A stretch of DNA of 64,000 nucleotides from Nitrospinaceae bacterium (GTDB taxonomy: Bacteria > Nitrospinota > Nitrospinia > Nitrospinales > Nitrospinaceae): assembly GCA_965237905.1 (NCBI GenBank), contig OZ250172.1, positions 2,461,805 through 2,525,804 on the forward strand. Reading direction: 5' to 3'. Each line of letters begins with the position of its first letter. The stretch's first letter is position 1. A model generated the notes under the pieces. That model saw only the letters and a list, made by a program, of their open reading frames with translations. It had not been told where the DNA came from and ran no database searches. The position numbers and the translations under genes were made by a program. Positions 48,614 through 58,827 of this stretch are shown here, in pieces.

Positions 48614-49987
48614 TTAAGGAGCAGAAGATTGCAATTCCTGAAGTTTCTTTTGGGCCTCAGGGTGTTGCGGATCCATCTGCAAAATGATTTCCAACTCTTT
48701 GATCGCCTGACTGCGTCTGCCTTTTTTGAGATAGATTTCATGCAGTTTCCAGTGCAGGGATAAAAAGTCCACCCCCTTTTGCACGGCGGTATGGAAGGCC
48801 TTCTCGGCTTCATCCAGATTCCCCACCCCAAAATGAGCGTTCCCCAGGTTGAAATAGGCCACCGCGAACTCGGGATCGAGCGACAGCGCCTTTTTTAAAT
48901 GGGGCAAGGCCTGCTTCGACTGCCCCAGTTTGTTGAGAGCGGCTCCCAGGTTGGACAGTGCCTGGATGAAATTGGGATACACTTCGATGGCCCGGCGAAA
49001 GTGAGCCACTGCTTGTTTCACGTTACCCTTCCGGAAATATTGTCCCCCCAGGTTGGACAGGGCTTCCGGGAACCGGGGATTGATTTTCAAAACTTTTTCA
49101 TATTCCGCAATGGCCTTGTCGACTTCTCCCAACCCCCGGTAAGTGACTGCCAAGTCGTACCGGGCCAGCACAAAGTTCGGATCGATTTTGAGAGCGCGTT
49201 GATACAGGTCGATAGCCCGGTCGGTTTCCCCGAGCGCATACAGGGCGAAGTTGCCCTGGTAGTAGAGAGCTTCCTTGGATATTTTATCCGCCTGCAGCAA
49301 TTGCTTGAAGGTCATTAGTGTTTGATCGTTCAGGTGAGGCTTGACGGTGTTAATCGGTAATGCCAGATTAATGGACCGGCCTTCCAGCGTGGCCACCCCC
49401 ACCACTTGGTTATTCTTGTTGACCAGCGGGCCGCCACTGAATCCCGGCTGGAATGGGGTGGTGTTGTAGATAAATGAAAACTCCGGAAGCGCCTGCGGAT
49501 GGATTCCCAGAATGAACCCGTAAGTTTGGAGAAGAGCCCCTTTCAATCCACCGCGCTCCATTTGCACGGCCTGGGAGGGATAACCCAGGGCGCGGGTATA
49601 ATCGTATTCCTTCAGCCGGTCCGAGTCGCCAATTTCCAGAGTGGAATACAGATCGCCTTCCAGCTTGATAATGCTGAAATCCCGGCTCCGGTCGACGCTC
49701 ACCACCCCTTGCACCGGCACCCGGTCGCCGTTGGGAAAAATGGCTTCCACCGATACCGCATCCACCAACACATGATAGTTCGTGATCAGCGTGCCATCGG
49801 GTTTCACGATAAATCCGGTTCCCGTCCCGAGGGTTTGCCCTTTGTCTCCCTTGGTGACCAGCAGGACAATGGCATTTTTGTTGACCTCGTGGCTCAGCGC
49901 GACGGACGGCTGGAGCAGAAACACGGCAACCAGCGCCAGAAACCAGAGAGCAGGGCGATAAAATTTCGATTCAGGCAATACCTGCAT
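48614..49987 (-). CDS. Trypsin-like (S1) serine protease fused to C-terminal TPR repeats, secreted
   Basis: GTGFIV...H, D and GFSGGPL catalytic triad blocks, then 6-7 TPR units. Confidence 0.75.
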   Translation of the reverse strand: MQVLPESKFYRPALWFLALVAVFLLQPSVALSHEVNKNAIVLLVTKGDKGQTLGTGTGFIVKPDGTLITNYHVLVDAVSVEAIFPNGDRVPVQGVVSVDRSRDFSIIKLEGDLYSTLEIGDSDRLKEYDYTRALGYPSQAVQMERGGLKGALLQTYGFILGIHPQALPEFSFIYNTTPFQPGFSGGPLVNKNNQVVGVATLEGRSINLALPINTVKPHLNDQTLMTFKQLLQADKISKEALYYQGNFALYALGETDRAIDLYQRALKIDPNFVLARYDLAVTYRGLGEVDKAIAEYEKVLKINPRFPEALSNLGGQYFRKGNVKQAVAHFRRAIEVYPNFIQALSNLGAALNKLGQSKQALPHLKKALSLDPEFAVAYFNLGNAHFGVGNLDEAEKAFHTAVQKGVDFLSLHWKLHEIYLKKGRRSQAIKELEIILQMDPQHPEAQKKLQELQSSAP

Positions 49988-50060
49988 AAATCCTCTTGGA
50001 ATTATTATCTATAAGTATTGGATTGTATAAACAGGGGTAGGGGATTACAACCGAAATCCG

Positions 50061-50160
50061 CCTCCTCCCCGGAGGGGGAATTGGCTGACCGGTAACGGCA
50101 ACCGTGAATTACTGAGCGCAACTCACGGTTTTAAAATTACCTGCGGAGGTACTCCGCCGT
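50061..50160 (+). repeat. Copy C of the ~90-bp repeat family, preceded by the palindrome CCTCCTCCCCGGAGGGGGAA (GGCTGACCGGTAACGGCAACCGTGAATTACTGAGCGCAACTCACGGTTTTAAAATTACCTGCGGAGGTACTCCGCC)
   Basis: Internal hairpins AACCGTGA/TCACGGTT and GCGGAG/CTCCGC. Confidence 0.8.
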
Positions 50161-50312
50161 CAACCAGGGGTTTTCACAAAAAACCCTCTTCCAAATAGGA
50201 AGCACCCGCAGGGTGACGGGCTGGGTGAGGGGTGGTGTCATCTTAATCTTCCCTGTATCCCCTCCTCGATAAGGAGGGGACCAGGGAGTATCCTCTGGGT
50301 GAGGATAAAAGC

Positions 50313-50729
50313 TTACTTCACGTTGACGATCACCGTTGCCGTAATCGGCGGATTGTAGGGAACATGATTCCCTTTGGCGAACAGAGCGCGGATGACATGG
50401 ATACCGGCATTCAGCTTCACTTCCTTGCACGTGGAGCCGTCGCCCATATGGATATGCTGGGCGTCTTTGCCGATAGCTTTGCCCAAATCCTTGGGCAGAT
50501 CTGTGTCGACCAGAATGTGATGATGGCCACTTCCGTCATTCACACCTTTCTTAGCGGGTTCTACCGTTACACCATGAGTGACCATGCATACCTTAACCGG
50601 GCTGGAAACGGTCACGCCATTGGCCGGCTCGGAGATGGCAATCGCACGGGTTCCCGCCAGAGCGGTGGAAATGCTGAAAACCAGCAGGGTCAACAAAAGG
50701 GCACTCAGTTTCAAAAACAATTTGTTCAT
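50313..50729 (-). CDS. DUF4399-like secreted protein (138 aa)
   Basis: Signal peptide and a GSGHHHILVD motif. Family call from memory. Confidence 0.5.
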   Translation of the reverse strand: MNKLFLKLSALLLTLLVFSISTALAGTRAIAISEPANGVTVSSPVKVCMVTHGVTVEPAKKGVNDGSGHHHILVDTDLPKDLGKAIGKDAQHIHMGDGSTCKEVKLNAGIHVIRALFAKGNHVPYNPPITATVIVNVK

Positions 50730-51165
50730 GGAAACGCTTCCTCCGTAATGAAGTTAAGAAATTAAATTCTGCCCGGACTGGGAAGGGAGTCTTTCCAGCC
50801 GGGCTTTATGGACTACGCTCTCCGCCGCACCCAAACGGTGCAGGCAGTATAACTATTTAAAATATAAATGATTACGGTAATCAGGGGGCAAGGGAGAACT
50901 TCCTTGATGTTCCCAAAAAAGGAGACTTGCAGGGTTCCGCCTTCTGATTTAAGGGTTTAGAGCGGGACCATTATAGAATGGATTCAATTTATTTTCAATC
51001 CGCTTCGGCTTCCGGGTTTTCCGGAGAAACCATTTTATTTCTTTCCATATGGGGAAAAATAATTATATACTTGCGGTACCCTATAGCCTTAAAAGGTTAA
51101 TAATTCGAGATTAATGAGCGAAAGCTTTATTTTTACTAAAAGGGAACACAGGAGGATTTAATTTA

Positions 51166-52077
51166 ATGGATTTACCTGTTACCGGAGAATGTCGTTTGCT
51201 TCACACCTGTGAAATGTGTGAATACAATAATGACAACGATTGCAAAGCCGATCATAACGAACACAACCGCTGGATTGTCAACCACCGGATGAACGATATC
51301 AAATTCAAACTGATCGTCGGCAGTAATAAAGGCGGTGTCGGGAAAAGCACCGTCACCACCAATCTGGCCATTGCGTTGGCCGAAAAGGGATTTAAAGTGG
51401 GTTTGGCGGACGCCGATCTGCATGGCCCCAACATCCCCAAACTGATCAACGCCGAGAACATTCGCCTGAAAGCCGAGGATGACGGGATCATGCCTTACGA
51501 AACGCGCAATGGTCTCAAGGTGGCGTCTCTGGGTTTTCTGATCGAAGACCCCAACATGCACATTGCCTGGCGCGACGCGGTAAAATACGATTTCATTATC
51601 GAGCTCCTGGGCAACATCAACTGGGGCGAGCTGGATTACCTGCTATTCGACCTGCCGCCCGGAACCGGGAACGAGCAGATCACCATCATCGACTTCATCG
51701 GCGAGGTGGACGGTGCCGTGATAGTCACCACGCCGCAGGACCTGGCGGTTCTGGATGCCCGCAAGATGATCTCCTTCGCCCGCGACAGCAATGTTCCCAT
51801 AGTGGGCATCATCGAGAATATGAGCACCATGGCTTGTCCGCACTGTGCCGGAGAAATCGACGTATTTAAGCGTGGCGGCGGCAAAAAGTTGGCCGAGGAA
51901 CTGGTGCTTCCGTACCTGGGGAGCATTCCGCTCGATGCTGAAGTTGCCATTCGGTCCGACAGCGGGGAACCGGTGGTTCTGTCACGGCCCGATTCTGCGG
52001 CTACCAAGGCGTTTCTTTCACTGGCGGAAAATTGCCACAAGTTTTTGAACCCGGAAGAATCGCTCAAGGCGAGTTGA
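51166..52077 (+). CDS. apbC: Mrp/NBP35-family Fe-S cluster carrier ATPase (ApbC) with a Cys-rich N-terminal extension
   Basis: GKGGVGKSTVTTNLA P-loop, a CxxC pair (CPHC), and an N-terminal CEMCEYNNDNDC segment. Confidence 0.88.
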   Translation: MDLPVTGECRLLHTCEMCEYNNDNDCKADHNEHNRWIVNHRMNDIKFKLIVGSNKGGVGKSTVTTNLAIALAEKGFKVGLADADLHGPNIPKLINAENIRLKAEDDGIMPYETRNGLKVASLGFLIEDPNMHIAWRDAVKYDFIIELLGNINWGELDYLLFDLPPGTGNEQITIIDFIGEVDGAVIVTTPQDLAVLDARKMISFARDSNVPIVGIIENMSTMACPHCAGEIDVFKRGGGKKLAEELVLPYLGSIPLDAEVAIRSDSGEPVVLSRPDSAATKAFLSLAENCHKFLNPEESLKAS

Positions 52078-52319
52078 TCGGGAGGGAGAAGCAAACTCTC
52101 GTCCAAAATTGGTTGTGAATGGCGTTTAAGGGGCGGCACCAGCCGCCCTTTTTTTTATAAACCACGGAAAATCCTGCTTTTTCCCTTTTGACAATCCCAT
52201 TGCGATTGATGGTTCAAATGTTGGATAATAGGGTAATCTCAGTAAGGGATTGCCATACGCATCAGACCTTGATGTGCGGACCCATCCGGGCCCGATATGA
52301 ATTAGAATTATAGAAAGTC

Positions 52320-53414
52320 TTGGGATCAGTTATGCATGGTATTTCAAAAACCGGTTTTTCTTTTGTTTTGACAGCCCTCCTTTTAGTTCTCTGCTTCTCA
52401 AACACGATTTTGGCACAACCTCAAGGGGAAGAGAAAAAAGAAGAATTCACCAGCTATTCCAATAACCCTGTGGTCGCCCTGGCTGAAGGTCAACCCATTC
52501 TTCTGGACGATCTCAAAAACGCCCAGATTCATGAAATGATGGTGCGTCTGTATCGAATGCAGAGCGCGCTGTTGAAACAGAAAGTCATGAAATCCCTGGC
52601 CGAAACCCACCCCGAACTCCAATCCCATGCTGATCCACAAATCACACAAAAAGATATTGAAGAGTTTTACCTGAATGAACCGGGAATCAAGGATCTAGGC
52701 AGTCTGGGACAACTGCAGGGCCAGATTCGGAACTATTTGGAGAAAATGCGGCGTCAGGGTTATATGAAGAATTTGGAAGCCCGATACCAGGTGGCCGTGG
52801 AAAAAGGCTGGGTGGTGGATTATTTTAAACCGCCTAATGATTTTCGTCTTAAAGCCAGTATCGGTTCGGCTGTGTTATGGTTCAAAGGAAAAAACGTCCA
52901 GGGTCGGAAAGTTTTCGTTATGGAATATTCCGACTTTTTATGCCCCTTTTGCAAGAAGGTTCAGAGGACTTTGAGTGATCTTCGTAAGAAATATGCCGAT
53001 ACGGTACAGTTCGGCTACCGTCATTTTCCGCTTCACCAGGAGGCGAAGAGTTTGTCGGAAGCGGTGGAATGCGCCCGCGACCAGGGCCGGTTCTGGCAGT
53101 TTCAAAACCTCATTTTTCTCGATGCCCGCCGTCTTCAGCAAAGTAAGCTGGAGCTTATTAGAAATGCCCGGCGGGCGGGCGTCCGGGACATTCCTTCGTT
53201 TGAAAGGTGTGTGGATTCCGGAAAACACCAAAAGCGCGTCCAGAACGACTTCGAAGAGGGAGTTTCTCTGGGCATCCAGGGGACGCCCACTTTTATCATA
53301 GGCAGCTATAATCACTCCACAGCCACGATCAACGGGGAAATGTTTTCCGGAGCCGTGGCCCCTTCAAAATTCATCAACCTCATCGAAAAGTACCTGAATC
53401 ATTCCGCAGAATAA
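52320..53414 (+). CDS. Secreted DsbA-like thioredoxin-fold protein with a long N-terminal extension (CPFC active site)
   Basis: FLCPFCKKV CxxC in a thioredoxin-like C-terminal half, plus a signal peptide. Confidence 0.7.
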   Translation: MGSVMHGISKTGFSFVLTALLLVLCFSNTILAQPQGEEKKEEFTSYSNNPVVALAEGQPILLDDLKNAQIHEMMVRLYRMQSALLKQKVMKSLAETHPELQSHADPQITQKDIEEFYLNEPGIKDLGSLGQLQGQIRNYLEKMRRQGYMKNLEARYQVAVEKGWVVDYFKPPNDFRLKASIGSAVLWFKGKNVQGRKVFVMEYSDFLCPFCKKVQRTLSDLRKKYADTVQFGYRHFPLHQEAKSLSEAVECARDQGRFWQFQNLIFLDARRLQQSKLELIRNARRAGVRDIPSFERCVDSGKHQKRVQNDFEEGVSLGIQGTPTFIIGSYNHSTATINGEMFSGAVAPSKFINLIEKYLNHSAE

Positions 53415-53433
53415 TTCAAGGAGGCCGCTGGTT

Positions 53434-54030
53434 GTGTCCGACTTCCGCTTAAGAAAAACGGCCCGGCTCCGTGTCACCGGGTGGGTTCATTCCTCCATAG
53501 TGCCCTTCATTTTTGGATTGGGTTTGTTGAGTGCATTTTTCGGGTCCGTGTCTCCGGGCTACACTTTCGATTCCTATGAAAAGTTTGAGAAATCCAAAAA
53601 GCAAAGCCGGTCTCTTAGACTGGAAGCCATGCCCGACAAGGATAAGGTCCGGCCGGGAGAAATCTTCTGGTTGCACCTGGTGACATTTTTGGATGAAGGA
53701 TGGCACATGTACTCCCTCGAAAAACAATCTGATGACGAAACGGTGGCGACCCGGATCGAGCTGGAAACCCGGGTGTTCCCTCCACAGAGCCGTTGGCAGG
53801 AGACCCCGCCCAAGCTGGTCCGTGACGGTGTCATGGAAAAAATAATGAAGACCCATTCCGGCCGTGTCGAATTCACCCGTCTGTTTTCCGTGCCCAAAGG
53901 ATTAAAGCCGGGCGTGTATCCCCTATCTGGAACCCTCCATTTCCGAACCTGCGACAACCGCATTTGCACCCTGCCACAGGCAATGAAGTTTCAAACCCGT
54001 GTTATAGTGGAAGCAGGCAAACCCGGTTGA
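53434..54030 (+). CDS. DsbD N-terminal (alpha) domain-like protein, membrane-anchored
   Basis: Ig-like fold pattern with a CDNRIC cysteine pair near the C-terminus. Confidence 0.5.
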   Translation: MSDFRLRKTARLRVTGWVHSSIVPFIFGLGLLSAFFGSVSPGYTFDSYEKFEKSKKQSRSLRLEAMPDKDKVRPGEIFWLHLVTFLDEGWHMYSLEKQSDDETVATRIELETRVFPPQSRWQETPPKLVRDGVMEKIMKTHSGRVEFTRLFSVPKGLKPGVYPLSGTLHFRTCDNRICTLPQAMKFQTRVIVEAGKPG

Positions 54031-54077
54031 AAACAGGGGTTTTTGCTCTCCCTGGAACCCACTATTTTTAAAATAAC

Positions 54078-56714
54078 ATGCAGGTCATAACCACACATTT
54101 CAGCGCCGATTTCGATTGCATGGCCGCGATGGTGGCCGCGCACAAGCTGTATCCGGAAGCCAAAATGGTGTTTTCCGGATCCATGGAAAAGCCTCTGCAA
54201 GAATATCTGAAAGCTCTCAACCCCCCTTTCCATTTTTCCAGAATCAAGGATGTGGATCTGGATCAGGTCACCTGTCTGATCGTGGTCGACACCCAGGACC
54301 CGGAACGCATCGGCATCTTCAAAAATCTTCTTAATAAAGAAGGTGTGGAGGTCCATGTCTACGATCATCATCTGGATGTGGCGAATTCCCTGAAAGCCGA
54401 TCAGTCCGTGATCCGCAAGCGCGGATCTTCCGCCACCATTTTGTGTGAAGAGTTGGCGGAACGTGGCATCGACTTGTCCCCTGAAGAATGCACCCTGATG
54501 ACTTTGGGCATCTATCAGGATACCCATTCCCTGATTTCCGTTTCCACCACCCCGGAAGATTTCCAGGCGGCAGGCCGAATGGTGGCCCAGGGAGCCGACT
54601 TGAATACGGTGGCCGAGTTCGTCGAGGCCCGCTTGAATGAAGAACAACTGGGGGTGATGAACGACTTGATCAAGAACCTGGAAATTCAGAATTTCAACGG
54701 GGTGGATGTGGCGTTGTGTACCGCTTCGCTGGATTATTACGTCGGGGACATGGCGGTGGTGGTGTACCGATTGATGGAACTCGAAAACCTGAGCGCCGCG
54801 TTTGCCCTGATCCTCCTTGAGTCCCGGGTGTATATGATTGGCCGGAGCCGGACGGAGGAAATCAACGTGGCCCACATCTTGCGGGCATTCGGCGGAGGCG
54901 GACATGCCAATGCCGCGGCCGCCAGCACCCGCGACCTCACCCTGATCCAGGCGCGGGAAAAACTCGTGTCTGTTTTAAGCGACAAGGTGGAACCTCTCAA
55001 CCGGATCAAAGAGGTGATGCACTACCCGGTTATTTCCGTGAAAGCGGGAGACACGCTCGAACAAACTGAAAAAAAGATGACCCGGTTCAACCTGAACACC
55101 CTGCCAGTGCTTTCCGGGAAAAAACCCGTCGGCATCATCACCCGGCAGACGGTGGAAAAAGCCCTGCACCATAAAATGGGCCGGTACAAGACCAAAGAGG
55201 TGACGGCCCATGAGTTTTCGGTCACCACGCCGGAAGCGTATTTCAAAACCATCATCCCGACGATCATCGAGGACAAGCAGAAGGTGGTTCCGGTAGTAAG
55301 TCCCAAAAACGGCCATCTGGTAGGAATCGTGAGCCGGGGGGATCTGTTGCGTATTCTGCACCAGGATTTGTCGTGGCATTCGGCCGAGCCCTACGCATCA
55401 TTGCTGGAGCGCGGGGGAGTAGTCATCAAACACATCAAAAGCATGATGGCGGAACGACTGCCGAAGGCAATCATGTCGCTGTTGCAAACCGTTGCCAAAA
55501 TCGCCGACCGGGAGGGTGTGTCGGCCTACGTCGTGGGTGGATTCGTGCGCGACCTGCTCCTGCGCATCGACAACTATGACATGGATATCGTGATCGAAGA
55601 TGATGGCATTCGGTTTGCCAAGGTCCTGGGGAAAGAATTGAATGCCAAAGTGGTGAGCCATCAAAAGTTCGGCACCTCGGTGATCTGCCTGCCGGACGGG
55701 TCCAAAGTAGACGTGGCGACGGCGAGGACCGAGTACTACAAACACCCCGCGGCCCTGCCGACGGTGGAGATGAGTTCCATCAAGTCGGACCTGTTCCGCC
55801 GCGATTTTACTTTCAACAGCCTGGCTCTCAAGTTGAACGGCAAAGATGCGTTTAGCCTGCTCGACTATTTCAACGGTCAACGGGACCTGAAAGACAAGGT
55901 GGTGCGGGTGCTTCATAATTTGAGTTTCGTCGAAGACCCCTCGCGCGCGTTTCGTGCCATCCGGTTCGAACAGCGGCTGGGATTCCGCATCGGCAAGCAG
56001 ACCGAGTCGTTCATCAAGTACGCGGTGAAGAAAAAGTTCATCGATAAATTGAGTGGCGCCCGGCTCTACAACGAACTGGTGCTGATCCTGAAGGAGCCCA
56101 ATCCGCTGAACTGTCTGCGGCGGATGAAGGAGCTGGACCTGCTTCAGTTCATTCATCCCAAGGTGTTGAAGAACAAGAAAGATTTTGAAGTGATCGAGCG
56201 GGTGCAGGAGGTGTTTTCCCTTTCCCGGATCGTGCATCTCGTTCAGGATTGCGACGATGGGCATGTATACCTGCTGGCGATGCTGTATTCTCTCGACGGC
56301 CGGGAAATTTCGCGGGCCGCCACCCGGCTCCACCTGTCGCAGAAACAGCGGCGGCGGATACGGGAGGATTTGGATCACTGCAAATCCCGGCTCAAAACGT
56401 TTAAGAAGAAACCCAAACTCCAACCCAGCGAAATTTACAATCTGCTGTCCGACCTTTCGCCCGAGGCGGTGTTGATGCTGATGGCGGTTTCCGGTAGCGA
56501 ACAGATCAATAAATACATCCTGCTGTTTTTTACCGAGTACCACGACTCGGCACGGCTGTCGCTCACTGGCGACGATTTGATCGATATGGGCATCAAGCCG
56601 GGGCCGGTCTTCAAGATGGTGTTCAAAACCCTGCGGGATGCGCGGGTCAACGGCCTCATCCATTCGCGGGAGGAAGAGGTAACACTGGTGCAGGATCGTT
56701 TTCTGGGCGCGTAA
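54078..56714 (+). CDS. Multidomain protein: DHH/DHHA1 phosphoesterase, CBS pair, and poly(A) polymerase / tRNA nucleotidyltransferase head domain
   Basis: N-terminal HFSADFDCMAAM...DHH motifs and GGGHANAAA (DHHA1). CBS pair around residues 310-430. GGFVRDLLL...DMD is the nucleotidyltransferase motif. Confidence 0.7.
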   Translation: MQVITTHFSADFDCMAAMVAAHKLYPEAKMVFSGSMEKPLQEYLKALNPPFHFSRIKDVDLDQVTCLIVVDTQDPERIGIFKNLLNKEGVEVHVYDHHLDVANSLKADQSVIRKRGSSATILCEELAERGIDLSPEECTLMTLGIYQDTHSLISVSTTPEDFQAAGRMVAQGADLNTVAEFVEARLNEEQLGVMNDLIKNLEIQNFNGVDVALCTASLDYYVGDMAVVVYRLMELENLSAAFALILLESRVYMIGRSRTEEINVAHILRAFGGGGHANAAAASTRDLTLIQAREKLVSVLSDKVEPLNRIKEVMHYPVISVKAGDTLEQTEKKMTRFNLNTLPVLSGKKPVGIITRQTVEKALHHKMGRYKTKEVTAHEFSVTTPEAYFKTIIPTIIEDKQKVVPVVSPKNGHLVGIVSRGDLLRILHQDLSWHSAEPYASLLERGGVVIKHIKSMMAERLPKAIMSLLQTVAKIADREGVSAYVVGGFVRDLLLRIDNYDMDIVIEDDGIRFAKVLGKELNAKVVSHQKFGTSVICLPDGSKVDVATARTEYYKHPAALPTVEMSSIKSDLFRRDFTFNSLALKLNGKDAFSLLDYFNGQRDLKDKVVRVLHNLSFVEDPSRAFRAIRFEQRLGFRIGKQTESFIKYAVKKKFIDKLSGARLYNELVLILKEPNPLNCLRRMKELDLLQFIHPKVLKNKKDFEVIERVQEVFSLSRIVHLVQDCDDGHVYLLAMLYSLDGREISRAATRLHLSQKQRRRIREDLDHCKSRLKTFKKKPKLQPSEIYNLLSDLSPEAVLMLMAVSGSEQINKYILLFFTEYHDSARLSLTGDDLIDMGIKPGPVFKMVFKTLRDARVNGLIHSREEEVTLVQDRFLGA

Positions 56715-56759
56715 GCCTCCGTTCGTAATTTCCCTTTTGCTGAAACCAGGTGTTTCCCC

Positions 56760-58097
56760 ATGCCGGACTTTCAAAACACTCTCGACCGGTTTTTCAACAT
56801 TAGCGAAAACCGGAGCACGGTGGGGACTGAGGTGCGGGCGGGCCTGGTCACATTTTTGACCGCGTCCTACATCATTTTTGTGCAACCCGCTATCATGGCG
56901 CAGGTGGGGATGGATTTCGGCGCAGTGATGACCGCCACCTGCATCGCCTCCGCTATCGGTTGTCTCATTATGGGCCTGTGGGCGAATTACCCGATTGCCC
57001 TGGCGCCGGGGATGGGAATCAATTTTTATTTCACGTTTACGGTGGTGATGGGGCAGGGTATCAGTTGGCAGGTCGCTTTGGGAGCGGTGTTTCTTTCGGG
57101 CATCGGCCTCATCCTGCTCACCCTCCTGCGGTTCCGCGAAGTCATCATCAACAGTATCCCGGAAGGCCTGAAGATCGGCATCGCCGCCGGCATCGGCCTG
57201 TTTATCGCCTTCATCGGATTGGTGCAAGGCGGATTAGTGAAGGGCCACCCGGGCACGCTCGTTCAGCTTGGATCTCTGAAGAGCCTGCCCGCCCTGTTCA
57301 CCCTCGGGGGAGTCATCCTGATCGCCACCCTCCTGCAAAGGAAAATCAAGGGAGCCATCCTGATCGGCCTAGTCGTCATGGCGGCTCTCGGCCTTCCACT
57401 GGGACTGGTCCAGTACCAGGGATTGTTATCAGCGCCGCCCAGTCTCGGCCCGACCTGGATGCAACTCGATATTCTGGGCGCTCTGGATTTGGGACTGCTC
57501 ACCATCGCCGGAGTGTTCCTGTTCGTGGATTTGTTCGATACCGCCGGGACGCTGGTGGGGATAGGGCATCAGGGCGGATTTTTGAGGGACGGCAAACTGC
57601 CGCGGGCCCGCAAGGCATTGATGCCGGATTCGGTCGGCACCACGGCCGGCGCCATGCTCGGCACCTCGACGGTCACCTGCTACATCGAAAGCGCCGCCGG
57701 CGTGGCCGAAGGGGGGCGCACCGGTCTGGCCAGTGTGGTCACAGCCCTGTTGTTTCTTTTGGCGCTGTTGTTTTCGCCGCTGGCGCGAATGATCGGTGGC
57801 GGCTATTCACCCACGGAAGGGGTTACGCTGTATCCCATCACCGCACCGGTGCTGATCATCATCGGGAGCATGATGGCGGCCAATGTCGCCCGCATTCATT
57901 GGGGCCAGTGGGACGAATCTCTCCCTGCGTTTCTGATTCTCATCGGGATGCCGCTGACCTACAGCATCGCCGATGGCATGGCACTGGGGTTCATTGCCTA
58001 TCCGATCATCAAACTCCTGTGCGGCAAGGTCCGGCAGGTGCACTGGTGTATGTGGGTCATCGCCCTGATGTTTGTTGCGCGCTACCTGACCCTTTAA
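56760..58097 (+). CDS. NCS2-family (AzgA-like) purine permease
   Basis: 445 aa with about 12 TM helices and conserved NCS2 N-terminal blocks. Confidence 0.85.
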   Translation: MPDFQNTLDRFFNISENRSTVGTEVRAGLVTFLTASYIIFVQPAIMAQVGMDFGAVMTATCIASAIGCLIMGLWANYPIALAPGMGINFYFTFTVVMGQGISWQVALGAVFLSGIGLILLTLLRFREVIINSIPEGLKIGIAAGIGLFIAFIGLVQGGLVKGHPGTLVQLGSLKSLPALFTLGGVILIATLLQRKIKGAILIGLVVMAALGLPLGLVQYQGLLSAPPSLGPTWMQLDILGALDLGLLTIAGVFLFVDLFDTAGTLVGIGHQGGFLRDGKLPRARKALMPDSVGTTAGAMLGTSTVTCYIESAAGVAEGGRTGLASVVTALLFLLALLFSPLARMIGGGYSPTEGVTLYPITAPVLIIIGSMMAANVARIHWGQWDESLPAFLILIGMPLTYSIADGMALGFIAYPIIKLLCGKVRQVHWCMWVIALMFVARYLTL

Positions 58098-58167
58098 TTT
58101 CCAGGGGCCAAACGGCCCTTCGACCTGTGGTATACTTCCCCAAATAGCCAATTATCTTATGAATTCG

Positions 58168-58275
58168 CCGCCCTCTAGCGAGGGAGGCAAATGGCTGACG
58201 GTTAACGGCAAGCGTTGACTATAGGGTGCAGTTCAAGGGTTTTAAAGTTACCAGCGGAGGCACTCCGCTTTTTTC
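58168..58275 (+). repeat. Copy D of the ~90-bp repeat family, preceded by the palindrome CCCTCTAGCGAGGGAGG; its terminal hairpin AGCGGAG-gca-CTCCGCT plus T6 forms a plus-strand terminator
   Basis: GGCTGACGGTTAACGGCAAGCG ... GGGTTTTAAAGTTACCAGCGGAGGCACTCCGCTTTTTT. Confidence 0.8.
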
Positions 58276-58293
58276 AGTGAAGGGAACCAGTCT

Positions 58294-58824
58294 GTGGCCA
58301 GTACCGAATATTTGATCAAACAGTTTCTCAGTCCGGACAAACGCAGTCTGGACCTCAGCAATTATAATCTGGGGGACAAGGGCGCGCGGGAGGTTACCGA
58401 GTCGCCGCAATTGAAGCGCGGTAAACTGCGGTCGTTGCGTTTGCCCAATAACAGCATCAGTGATGAAGGGGCGAAGGATATCGCCAACTGCGAGTATTTC
58501 AAGAACCTGACCGAACTCGATCTGTACGGCAACGTGATCAGCGACGACGGGGTGAAGGCGATTGCGACCTCTCCTCATTTTGCCAGGTTGAAAAAGCTGG
58601 GGCTGTACGGAAATCTCATCGAGGACGAAGGGGCGATCGCCATTGCCGAATCCGAGGTGTTGAACAAGGTCACCCACCTGTACATCAGCGCCAATCGCGT
58701 GCGGCGCGAGGGCATTGAAGCGTTGAAAAAGGCGAAATGCCGGACCCGCCTGTGCCACCTGTTTGTCGACGACCTCGATGAGTTCGAATATGAGGATGTT
58801 GAAGATGAGGATGATGAGGATTAA
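58294..58824 (+). CDS. Ribonuclease-inhibitor-type leucine-rich repeat protein, cytoplasmic, acidic C-terminal tail (GTG start)
   Basis: About 28-residue repeats of the form LxxLxLxxNxIxDxGAxxIA, with a DEDDED tail. Confidence 0.7.
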   Translation: MASTEYLIKQFLSPDKRSLDLSNYNLGDKGAREVTESPQLKRGKLRSLRLPNNSISDEGAKDIANCEYFKNLTELDLYGNVISDDGVKAIATSPHFARLKKLGLYGNLIEDEGAIAIAESEVLNKVTHLYISANRVRREGIEALKKAKCRTRLCHLFVDDLDEFEYEDVEDEDDED

Positions 58825-58827
58825 CCG

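Noticed and set aside
50167-50308. Hairpins GGGGTTTTcacAAAAACCC and TATCCTCtgggtgAGGATA downstream of the DUF4399 gene as terminators
   Set aside because: The T-tracts are on the wrong side for the minus-strand gene. They are more likely further members of the repeat families than a classic terminator.
56715-56760. Possible purine riboswitch upstream of the NCS2 permease
   Set aside because: The intergenic leader is only about 45 nt, too short for a purine aptamer.
55398-57227. 609-aa minus-strand ORF spanning the end of the DHH-CBS-PAP gene and the start of the NCS2 permease
   Set aside because: It is antisense to two well-supported genes and has a His/Arg/Gly-rich low-complexity composition. 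This is a typical GC3-bias shadow ORF.
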